Source: Chiloscyllium plagiosum
Lineage: Eukaryota
Direction of reading: 5' to 3'
DNA length: 23,428 bases
Assembly (NCBI RefSeq): GCF_004010195.1
Contig: NC_057719.1
Span: 39,241,335-39,264,762, forward strand
Positions 1 to 10,129 of the stretch are shown here, in pieces. Each line of letters begins with the position of its first letter. Position 1 is the stretch's first letter. Position numbers and translations under genes: made by a program. The notes beneath the pieces were generated by a model. It saw only the letters and a program-made list of their open reading frames with translations, was not told where the DNA came from and made no database searches.

Positions 1-313
1 GAAAAGAGTAACTTATTCCATCCACTCTGGATGTGTTGGCAGCTAATTTGTCTCCTTATTGCACTGCTGTGCTTGGGAAAATGATGGCAGTTTGAGTTCC
101 GTGTCCTCATTGTTGAGTTGCAGGTTCTGCCTGAGACTATCGATGACTTGCCCCCAATTCTTTATGCTTCCTTTTATGTTACTGTCCCTGCTTCCATGGT
201 AACCTTTCAACCTCCTCTAGTCTCTTGTCAACACCTTTACATTGCTGTTGATGTCTCCAATTTATACCATAAGCCTCTGATATTGAGAGTTTCCATGACT
301 ACTTTGGCTATAT

Positions 314-443
314 GGCAAAAACAAGGACTGCAGATGCTGGAAACCAGATTCTGGATTAGTGGTGCTGGAAGAGCACAGCAGTTCAGGCAGCATCCAAGGA
401 GTTCGAAATCGACGTTTTGGGCAAAAGCCCTTCATCAGGAATA
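314..443 (-). mobile_element. Short non-autonomous Penelope-like element with decayed minimal hammerhead motif (subfamily 1)
   Basis: Minus strand reads ATTC-CTGATGA-A-GGGC-TTTT-GCCC-AAAACGTC-GATT (core G12 changed to A), then GATGCTG...TGCTG...CAGCA...CAGCATC. Flanked by the direct repeat CTTTGGCTATAT at 302-313 and 446-457 (TSD). Homologous to 2951-3080. Confidence 0.85.
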
Positions 444-2907
444 TGCTTTGGCTATATACTCACCTCATATTGAGGTCAGAATAATTGCAACTTACGAAAA
501 TGCCCCTTCTGCAGCTTCCCATTCACTAATATGACCCTTGAAATCCCACCCTTCTTGAATTGCTCCCTAAGGGAGCGATGAACTATCATCATTCCCTCAG
601 TTTCCCAGACCAGTGGACCCCAGCTGGGATGTTCCCCACATGCTGACCGCATGTCAACACATTGACTTCCGGAAGCTACTGCTGTGCATGGAGCCTGGGG
701 ATTTATACAGAGACAGGAAATATTACATGGAAAGTAGGTGGTCAACCTCTGGCATGAGGTCAGATCAGTCTTTTGGCTGAATGTGGTGACCTCTCATGCC
801 TGACCATGGTTCCCCTCATTTCACCGAGGACTGGTCCTCTTTGACGTTCAGGCATTGCCAATTGGTGGAAGCACATGCAATGTGTTCACTCAATAGGCTA
901 CTGTCACATTCTGTAGGTTTGACATCGATATAGCCCAGTGTCACACAGAATCATGTCCATCATCCTTGATTGTTCAGTTCTCTGAACTATGTCAAGCTAA
1001 ACTGCTCTCCGACAGCACTGAAAAATAACCTAACAAAAGTTTAGTTGAGTAATAAGAAATGAGCTAAGAGGTACAAAAGATATTCTATGTAGATGCATGT
1101 GCCCTGCAGCCAGTGTCCTGGCAGAAGTAGGAAGGTATAAGTGGCTATGAGCTCCAGTTAAGTCCTGAAGAGCTGATGTGGTGTGTGAGTTGTGCTAAAA
1201 GCAGCCACAATGATGTGCCGAGGCTGGTGCTTTTCAACATGGATAGAGGGTTGATGAGGATAATATCCATGGAGCATGCAGAGAAATGGCAGTGACGATA
1301 GATCTGGACAAAGGCCTGGATTAGAAAATGGTGAACAGTGTCCCCAGGTAACTGCTGTGACTTGCCATGTCAAGAATTGGCACCATCTAATTTTTTGGGG
1401 AAGGAGAGAAGGGTTGGGAACCACACAGAAGTAAAATGAGATTAGTTAACATGTAAATATGTAAATATATGGATATAAATATGTGGAAATAAAGTAATTA
1501 ACGAGATTTAGAACTTGCTGTTTAAACTTTCAGAGTTTAATTAGGAAATGTATTTGCTCAATATCAAGAAACTGATTTTTATAATCTGTTTCAATGAAGT
1601 TTTTGGAAACATGAATAATCAGCTTTATGATAGGCCAGCATTGTTCGAGTCAGTAAGGTGGAATGGCTATTTGCTGAGCAGAGCAAGAATGGACTTGCAT
1701 TATGTTTCTCTTAGTTGGCACTGCAGACTAAAATAGCAGCAGTCATCCACTTAAAAGCTCCTTCCACTATTTTGTTATTTAATCTTCAGAGGAAATGTAA
1801 TTACTAGTTCTTCTGACGTTTTGCTTTTGAAAGCCAAGCCAAGAAAGTGTGTCTTTCTTGAACTTAAGTCACCTCAGAAAATCATTGGTTCACTCAATGC
1901 TGCTGCTAAACTGTTCCCTGAGATAACACACTTTTGATTGCCAGGGAAATGTTGCTCAAAGTTAATATATGCATTGCCAAGTGCATTTGATGATTTTTCT
2001 TATCAATTGTCAGGGTAAACACATTGTTGCAGCTCAAACTGAGAACAGTAGTTTAAATCACAAGACTGCTGAGTTCAACACATGAAATTGTATCCTTTGC
2101 AGATGAATGACCAAACAGTTTCTCGAGTTGTAGATTGTGGGATAGTAATATTTTCTAGTGAGAAGCTTACAGGAACGTTATTACTGGTAGTAATGCACCT
2201 TTAGACCTCTCACGAGTTTCTATCTTCAGCCTGCTAGTCATCACAAGCCCTACTTAAATACCACCGCCTAATAGCCATCAGTGATATTGCTAAGATGTTG
2301 CTCAAACTTATTCTGTTTCAATAAAGTGAAGCAGCTATCAAGGTTGCATACACTCAGAAGTGAGGAGTTCCTCAAATAAAAGAAGGTAGAAATTTTTATT
2401 AAAGGTCTCTGAATAGTGAGAACCTTTTTGTCTACAGATAGTGGCATTTGCTTCTGACTGCTTTCCCGAGTGTAGACAGATTTCCAGACCTTTTTCTTAT
2501 TAGCCATCTAATATCAGGATCATTAATGTGAAAGTATTCTGTGTGAGGCCTATTATCACGATTCCATGTACTATCTGAAAGCCATGTGGCAGGAGTGCTG
2601 AGGTGCTTAAGCTGCAAAGAGACTTGAAACAGATCAGCTGGTCAGTTATTGGGACAGTCCACTGATACTGACTGCAAATAGCACATATTTAAAAGCATAA
2701 CTAAATACATTGAAACGACGTGCATCTTTAAAGTCAGAAAAAGGACATGAGGCAAGATGAAGCCAAGGTGGCTGATAATCACGTACAAAGGTAAATAAGA
2801 CTTCCACACATCAGATAATTACCAAGACAGAGAATAGAAGTACTACAGATGGAAATGTGTTGCTGGAAAAGCGTAGCAGGTCAGGCAGCATCTAGGGAAC
2901 AGGAGAA

Positions 2908-2939
2908 TCGACGTTTCGGGCATTAGCCCTTCTTCAGGA
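2908..2939 (-). ncRNA. Minimal type I hammerhead ribozyme motif (PLE-type), mirror copy
   Basis: Reverse complement of the 2953-2984 motif in the left arm of the palindrome; core intact. Confidence 0.7.
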
Positions 2940-2952
2940 AAGAAGGGTCCTT

Positions 2953-2984
2953 TCCTGAAGAAGGGCTAATGCCCGAAACGTCGA
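2953..2984 (+). ncRNA. Minimal type I hammerhead ribozyme motif (PLE-type)
   Basis: CTGAAGA (2955-2961), extra A, stem II GGGC-TAAT-GCCC (2963-2974), GAAAC-GTC. Helix III is reduced to the palindromic ACGT. Predicted cleavage after C2982. Helix I is only about 2 bp (TC/GA). Confidence 0.7.
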
Positions 2985-3564
2985 TTCTCCTATTCCCTAG
3001 ATGCTGCCTGACCTGCTGCGCTTTTCCAGCAACACATTTCCATCTCTGATCTCCAGCATCTGCAGACCTCACTTTCTCCCAATAGAAGTACCACACACAA
3101 CTCCAGAAAAATAAAGCTTTTCATTAGATGAGTCAACGACTAATGGAAAAAGTGATAGTTGACAATTGCAATCAGGAAAGGATTTTAGTTCTTCTGATGG
3201 TCAGAGGGCTGTAAGATGGTTTAAGGCCTTTGAAAGAAACTTAGCCGGGTGTAGTGTAGGTATTCAATAAATTTTTTGCATTAGTCTTTACTCTTCAAAA
3301 TGATCCTCAACTCTGGGAAATATATCAAGCTGTTATGCTGTTAATTATTTACTTTAAAACAGATGAGGATTAGTAGCTTTGAAGATAGATTGAGCTTCCC
3401 TGCATCACCACACCCCAACTCCATCAGCCAATTTCCCTTCCTAAGTTTTACCTTTCCAAGATCGCAGAGTGAGCAGTCACATTTTTTGTGAAATACGTGA
3501 AAGAGCTTTAGGACCTCTTTAATATAACTCACAAGATTTAAAATGTCTAAGCACAGCAATCATT

Positions 3565-5910
3565 TAGACAAGAGACAATAGGTGCAGGAGTAGGCCATTC
3601 TGCCCTTCAAGCCTGCACCACCATTCATTATGATCATTGCTGATCATCCTCAATCAGTATCCTGTTCCTGCCTTATCTCCATAACCCTTGATTCCACTAT
3701 CCTTTGAAAGCTCTATCCAACTCTTTCTTAAACGAATCCAGAGACTGGGCCTCCACTGCCTTCTGGGGCAGAGCATTCCACACAGCCACCACTCTCTGGG
3801 TGAAGAAGTTTCTCCACATCTCTGTCCTAAATGGTCTACCTCTTATTTTTAAGCTGTGTCCTCTGGTTCGGCAATCACCCATCAGCGGAAACATGTTTCC
3901 TGCCTCCAGAGTGTCCAATCCTTTAATAATCTTATACGTCTCAATCAGATCCCCTCTCAGTCTTCTAAACTCAAGGGTATACAAGCCCGGTCGCTCCAAT
4001 CTTTCAACATAAGATAGTCCCGCCATTCAGGAATTCTCGTGAACCTACGCTGCACTCCCTCAATAGCCAGAATGTCTTTCCTCAAATTTGGAGACCAGAA
4101 CTGCACACAATATTCCAGGTGCGGTCTCACCAGGACCCTGTACAGCTACAGAAGAACCTCTTTGCTTCTATACTCAATCCCTCTTGTTATGAAGGCCAGC
4201 ATGCTATTAGGCTTCTTCACTACCTGCTGTACCTGCATGCTTACCTTCATTGATTGGTGTACAAGAACACCCAGATCTCTTTGTACTGCCCCTTTACCTA
4301 AATTGACTCCATTTAGGTAGTAATCTACCTTCCTGGTCTTGCCACCAAAGTCGATAACCATACATTTATCCACATTAAACTGCATCTGCCATGCATCTGT
4401 CCACTCACTTAACCTGTCCAGGTCACCCTGTAATCTCCTAACATCCTCCTCACATTTCACCCTGCCACCCAGCTTTGTATCATCAGCAAATTTGCTAATG
4501 TTACTATTAATACCATCTTCTATATCATTAACATATATTGTAAAAAGCTGCGGTCCCAGCACTGATCCCTGCGATACCCCACTGGTCACCGCCTGCCATT
4601 CCGAAAGGGAGCCGTTTATCACTACTCTTTGTTTCCTGTCAGCCAACCAACTTTCAATCCAAGTCAGTAGTTTGTCCCCAATACCATGCGCCCTAATTTT
4701 ACTCCTATGTGCTGACCTCCTATGTGGGACTTTATCAAAGGCTTTCTGAAAGTCCAGGTACACTATATCCACTGGATCTCCCTTGTCCATCTTTAGAGTA
4801 ACATCCTCAAAAAATTCCAGAAGATAGTCAAGCATGATTTCCCCTTCATAAATCCATGCTGACTCTGACCTATCCTGTTACTGCTATCCAGATGTGTCGT
4901 AATTTCATCCTTTATAATAGACTCCCGCATCTTTCCCACCACTGAGGTCAGACCGACTGGTCTATAATTTCCTGCTTTCTCTCTCGCTCCTTTCTTAAAA
5001 AGTCGTACAAAATTAGCCACCCTCCAATCTGCAAGAACTGATCCTGAATCTATTGAACTCAGGAAAATAATCACCAACGCATCCACAATTTCTCGAGCCA
5101 CCTTCTTCAGTACCCTGGGATGTAGACTATCAGGCCCCGGAGACTTATCAACCTTCAGACCTAACAGTCTCTCCAACACCAATTCCTGGCAAATATAAAT
5201 TCCCTTCAGTTCAGGTCCTTCAGCCACTGTTACCTCAGGGAGATTGCTTGTGTCTTCCCCAGTGAACACAGATCTGAAGTACCAATTCAATTCTTCTGCC
5301 ATTTCTTTGTTCCCTGTAATATATTCCNNNNNNNNNNNNNNNNNNNNNNNNNNNNNNNNNNNNNNNNNNNNNNNNNNNNNNNNNNNNNNNNNNNNNNNNN
5401 NNNNNNNNNNNNNNNNNNNNNNNNNNNNNNNNNNNNNNNNNNNNNNNNNNNNNNNNNNNNNNNNNNNNNNNNNNNNNNNNNNNNNNNNNNNNNNNNNNNN
5501 NNNNNNNNNNNNNNNNNNNNNNNNNNNNNNNNNNNNNNNNNNNNNNNNNNNNNNNCATTGAACTTTGGCCAGTTCCTCCCTCATAGCTCCATAGTTCCCT
5601 TTATTCAACTGAAATATTGTCACTTCCGATTGTACCCTCTCCCTCTCAATTTGCAGATTGAAGCTTATTGTATTATGGTCACTACCTCCTAATGGCTCCT
5701 TCACTTCGAGGTCCCTGATCAATTCTGGTTCGTTGCACAATACCAGATCCAGAATTGCCTTCTCCCTGGTAGGCTCCAGCACCAGCTGTTCCAAGAATCC
5801 ATCTCTGAGGCACTCCACAAAGTCTCTTTCTTGAGGTCCAATACCATCCTGATTCTCCCAGTCTACCTGCATGTTGAAATCCCCCATAACAACTGTAATA
5901 ACATTTCCCT
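3565..5910 (-). mobile_element. CR1-clade LINE (copy A), 5'-truncated, frameshifted ORF2
   Basis: ORF pieces 4793-5977, 4146-4835 and 3697-4026 give the EN C-terminus (MGDFN, ILDLVL, SDHN), RT (NYRPVGLTS, YLDFQKAFDKVPH, QGSVLGP, KFADDTKL) and the CR1 C-terminus (TRGHSLK, FFTQRVV.WNALP). The 3' end is ...GAATGGCCTACTCCTGCACCTA(TTGTCTC)(TTGTCTA). Spans the N gap. Confidence 0.95.
5328..5555. other. Assembly gap (228 N)
   Basis: Run of N inside CR1 copy A. Confidence 1.
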
Positions 5911-5985
5911 TGAAATCACTGACTTCTGTGGTGAGGAATCCTACCAGGAGCCCATGATGAATATGTAGTAGACACATTAGCCATC

Positions 5986-6113
5986 CAGTTCTGAAGAATG
6001 GTCACTGGATCCAAAACATTAATTCTGATTTATCTCCAAAGATGCTGCCAGAACTGCTGAGATTTTCCAGCAATTTTTGTTTCTGTTTCAGATTTCCAGC
6101 ATCCATAATTCTT
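5986..6113 (+). mobile_element. Short Penelope-like element with decayed hammerhead (subfamily 2)
   Basis: CAGTT-CTGAAGA-A-TGGTC-ACTG-GATCC-AAAACATT-AATT, followed by the same GATGCTG/TGCTG/CAGCA/CAGCATC module as subfamily 1. Homologous to 8568-8694. Confidence 0.75.
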
Positions 6114-7514
6114 TCAGATAATTCCCCCATCCCAGGAAATTGATTGTGGTTAAAGTTGGGTTAAGCAGCTGACATAATTACCTGTATGGAAAAAAACCCA
6201 GTTGTTCATTTTATTTTGATAATCTCACTCTCCAAAGATGCTGTTGAGAAAACATGGAACAGTCTACTCCTTTGAAATGATCAGTCAGCTGTAGGATAAA
6301 TACATCCCTGCTGTGTGGATAAACTTTTCTTACTTCAGAAAATAATCTCAGCAGGTTATATCCATGAAATTACTGTGACGTAGTGTTTGATGGGCATAAA
6401 CCCATGATCTAATGCTTCTTAAATTTAAGGAAAAATGATTATGTGGAATCAAAAATCACTGAGGCTTGTGACAGAATGTTTTACAACATTACATGCAAAA
6501 TTCAGTAATGCTCTTAACAAGGTGCCACAATTGATGGGTCTGTGAATCATGGTTACAGACCGTGCAGAGATCGTGGTTGGTTCCCTTTGTTATACTACTC
6601 AACTGACCAAAAACCATTGTGTTTTAGAAAGAAAGAGCTTTAATCCTTTTAGTACATTAACTATTAAGAACACACAGGTTGTCACATATGTTTTAAGAAA
6701 AAGTATAAATATTTATTACTCACAATTGAAATGCATCCTCAAACAAGCACACATAAACACATAAGAAAGGGTGATTACATAAGAGATAATATACTCTTAG
6801 GTACTAAACATCCAAAAATTCACTGTTACACTTGTTTATCTCAAAACAACACCTTTGAATACTGAAAAATGTAGCTCCATTTCATTCCACTGAAGAAACA
6901 GAGATGAAAGGTTTATGAAGGCAGATCCACAGTGGGTTCTTACTTGCTGTTCTCTGACTTCGTTCTAACCAAGAGCAGTTGAAACTCTTCAGTGAAATCT
7001 TGGTTTGGTTTGCCAGTGGTAGGTAAAGCCAGTCCAAGTTCTCCTCTTCCTGATGAATTTTTCAGCAGGTTCCTTTGCTGATCTGGAACTCTTCTTCTTT
7101 CTCTCTGACGGCTGCTCTCCAAATGTATGACTGATTAAATGTTGCTTATTATATCTGATCTAAGACATATGACCTTGCTTTCTCATTGTTCACATAATGG
7201 TCTCTGATGACATGGTCATTGACACACAATAGTCTTCCATTTCCACCAGTTCATATTTCCCTTTGTGATGGATTGGCGTTTCTTCACACATATTCTTTGG
7301 CATTTCAATCCAAAGGCAAGAAGTCTATAATTCCATTGGGAACTACATTCTGCAGTTATTTGAATAAGGGCAGCCATTAATTCAAGAGGAGAAATCTGTC
7401 CATTTTAATGCCATTTCAATGAAATGTCCCAAAATATTAATTGCATGTTAATGACTTGTTCCGACATTGAAGCTTGCTTGCAGTTGTTTGTGTTACTCCA
7501 TAGATATTGACAGA

Positions 7515-7721
7515 TATATAAGTGGCAGACAATGACAGTCTCGAACAAAAGAGAATCTAATCATCACTGCCTTGAATTCAATGGCATAACCATAATTAAA
7601 TCCCCCGTTCTCAATATCCTGGGGAGTGTTACCATTGACCAGAAGTGGACCAGCCACATAAATACTGTTACTGCAAGAGCAGGTCAGAGGCGAGACAAGC
7701 CAGTAACTCAGCTCCCAACTC
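7515..7721 (+). mobile_element. Old fragment of a second CR1/L2-group LINE family (RT C-terminal region)
   Basis: Translation MTVSNKRESNH..L.FNGITI.KSP.LNILG.TIDQK, then W..HINTV.ARAGQR, resembles the LINE RT thumb region. Cut at 7722 by CR1 copy B. Confidence 0.6.
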
Positions 7722-8567
7722 CATAAGACTGTAAGAAAACAAGAACAGAAGTAGGCCATTCAGCCCCTCAAGTCTGCTTGGCCATTCAGTAGGATCATGG
7801 CTGATCCAAAATTCCTCATGCCCACTTTCCTGCATTTTCCCCATAACTCTTGATTCCCCTGTTGATCAAGAACCTATCTATCTCAACCTTAAACATACAC
7901 AAACACTCTTCCCTCACAGCTCTCTCTGTGGCAATGAGTTCCAAAGATTCACAAGCATCTGAGAGAAGAAATTTCTCCTCATCTTAATTCTTTATTCTGA
8001 GACTGTGCCCTCTGGTACCAGACTCTCCCCAGGAGGGGAAACATTCTCTCAGTACCTTAAGAATTTTATTTGCTTCAATGAGACTACACTCTCATTTTTC
8101 TAAATTCTAGTGAGTCCCAATCTGTTTAGCCTTTCCTCATAAGACAATCCCTCCATATCAGGAATCATTTGAGTGAACCTTCTTTGAATTGCCTCCGATG
8201 AAATGGTATATTTTCATAAATAAGGGGACCGACCAGCTTTTTGCAGTTTTTTTTCCATTTAAATAATATTCTGTTCTTTTGGTCTCCCTTCCAAAAATTA
8301 ACAACTTCACATTTTCCCATAGTTTAGTCCATTTGTTAACTTTTTGCTCACTTAGTTAACTTATCAATAATTTTCTTAAACCACTTGTATCCTTCTTGCA
8401 ACCTGTCTTGCCACCTATTTTGTGTCATCCCTGTAAATAGGGCTAAAGTATATTCACTTCCTTCCTCCAAGTCACCAAGTCATTAATATATATTCTAAAC
8501 AGTTGCAGCCCTTTTGGAACTTTACTGGTCACAAGTTCCCAACCTGAAAAAGGACTCTTATCCCCAT

Positions 8568-8694
8568 CAAACAAAAAACTGAGAGAACTGCAGATGCTGG
8601 AAACCAGAAACAAAAACAGAATTGCTGGAAGAACTCAGTAAGTCTGGCACCATCTGTGGAGAGAAATCAGAGTTAACATTTCAGGTCCAGTCAC
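8568..8694 (-). mobile_element. Short Penelope-like element (subfamily 2), truncated within the hammerhead
   Basis: Minus strand GGTGACTGGACCTGAAATGTTAACTCTGATTTCTCTCCACAGATGGTG...CAGCATCTGCAG. TSD CTTATCCCCAT 8557-8567 / CTTATCTCCAT 8695-8705. Interrupts CR1 copy B. Confidence 0.8.
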
Positions 8695-9800
8695 CTTATC
8701 TCCATGTACTGTTGTTTGCTCATCAGCCAGTTTTCTATCCATGCCAATATACTACTTCCAATCCCAGGGGCTGTTATCTTATCATGTGATTTTTTTGTGC
8801 AGCCTTGTCAAATGCCTCTAGAAATCCAAATACAACACATCTCAGTTCCGTCAATCCACTCTGGTTGAAACTTGAAAACCTCTGATTAGTCAGACATGGT
8901 TTCCCTTTCATGAAGCCAGGTTGACTCTGTTGGATTAGACCATGATTTTCTATTTTCTATTACTTCCTTAATAATTGTTTCCAATACTTTTCCAATAATA
9001 GATATTAGGCTTATCACCCTACAGTTACTCATATTTTGCCTCCCTGCTTTTTGAATAGAGGTGTCACATTCATAGTTTTCCATTCCTCTGGTACTTCTCT
9101 AGAATGCAATGGTTTTTAGAAAATTACAACCAGTGCTTCTATTATCTCTGTAGCCACCTCTTTTAGGATCCATCAAGGCCAGGAGACTTATCTGCCTTTA
9201 GTCCCATTAATTTGTCTAACACTACTTCTTCAGTGATGGTGATGGTACTTAATTCCACCCATATTCCATAGTATTAATGGAATGTTCAAAGTATTTTCCA
9301 CCATGCATCTGTTTGAGAAATGTACCATTTCCTTATTTGCAAAACTGTCTCCCTTGGGTTATTTTCTAAGAGGCCTATGTTCACTTTGGCCTCTATCTTC
9401 CTTTTTCATATTTAAAGAAGCTCTATTGTCAGTTTTTATATTTCTTTCTAGTTTGTCCTCATAGTTTATTTTCTCTGTCTTTATAGTCCTCCTTTGCTGG
9501 ATTTTGAATCTATCCCAGGCTTCAGGGCTGTCACTGACTTTGGTCTCCTGATTTGCTTTTTCTTCCGAATTGTAACTTCCTTAACTTCTTTGGTTAGCCT
9601 GGTTTGTTTTGCTCCTAGAATATTCCTCCTTTTTGGGATGCATTTTTGCTAAGAGTCATGAATTGCCTCCTGAAATGTCTATCACTGTTTGCTCACTGTA
9701 ATTCCTGCTAATATATCCATCCATTATATTTAACTAACTCTATTCTCATTTAATTGTAGTTCCCTTTATATAAGTTAAACACAATTCTGATTAAACACCC

Positions 9801-9894
9801 ATTCCTGATGAAGGACTTATGCTCGAAATATCAATTCTCCTGCTCCTCGGCTGCTGCCTGACCTGCTGTGCTTTTCCAGCACCACACACTTGAC
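9801..9894 (+). mobile_element. Short Penelope-like element (subfamily 1), decayed hammerhead, 3'-truncated
   Basis: ATTC-CTGATGA-A-GGAC-TTAT-GCTC-GAAATATC-AATT...GCTGCCTGACCTGCTGTGCTTTTCCAGCA. Possible short TSD ACAATT at 9781-9786 / 9893-9898. Inside CR1 copy B. Confidence 0.8.
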
Positions 9895-10129
9895 AATTAT
9901 TTCCGACCCAAATTTCACACTCTGAATCTGAATATTAAATTGTGTTATGTTGTGATCACTACTTCCTAAGGGACCTTTTATTTAGAGGTAATTTATTAAA
10001 CCCACCTCATCACCCATTATCAGTTCTAAGATAGCCTGCTCCCTGATTGGCTGCGTGACATATTGCTCTAGGAAACTACTCCTAATGCACTCATTCACTT
10101 TGCACTTGCTTGGAAACTGCCAGCCTCTG

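Larger units (their letters stand above)
2847..3080. mobile_element. Palindromic (inverted dimer) Penelope-like non-autonomous insertion
   Basis: Arms 2847-2942 and 2950-3045 are reverse complements at 94/96 with a 7-nt spacer. The + copy extends to 3080. TSD AATAGAAGTAC at 2833-2843 and 3081-3091 (extends to 15 bp with 1 mismatch). Confidence 0.9.
7722..10090 (-). mobile_element. CR1-clade LINE (copy B), heavily decayed, hosting two Penelope-like insertions
   Basis: 3' end at 7722-7780 (AAGAACAGAAGTAGGCCATTCAGCCC) matches that of copy A, and the sequence is colinear with A throughout. RT remnant NCRVISLISIIGKVLETIIKE lies in ORF 8886-9083, and an EN remnant (GGAAGTAGTGATCACAAC, GSSDHN) near 9950-9967. 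Confidence 0.85.

Noticed and set aside
118..534. 138-aa + strand ORF
   Set aside because: Reads through an antisense Penelope-like insert, starts at TTG and has no recognisable domain.
457..1420. Minus-strand donor GAG|GTGAGT near 457-465 and a faint IDCTH-like (Harbinger nuclease) echo near 875-897
   Set aside because: No convincing acceptor or homologous reading frame; the similarity is too short to support a call.
2268..2507. 79-aa minus ORF (MANKKKVWKS...) as a possible exon of a downstream paralogue
   Set aside because: No Sec6-family similarity and no clear donor site.
2847..3045. Palindrome as a MITE with TIRs or as a terminator
   Set aside because: One arm extends 35 bp beyond the symmetry, the TSD is long and variable among family members, and monomeric copies exist. 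This fits PLE-type retrotransposition better.
3704..4749. Plus-strand ORFs 3704-4012, 4039-4320 and 4339-4749
   Set aside because: Antisense shadows of CR1 ORF2; the same applies to the minus-strand ORFs in 16382-18610.
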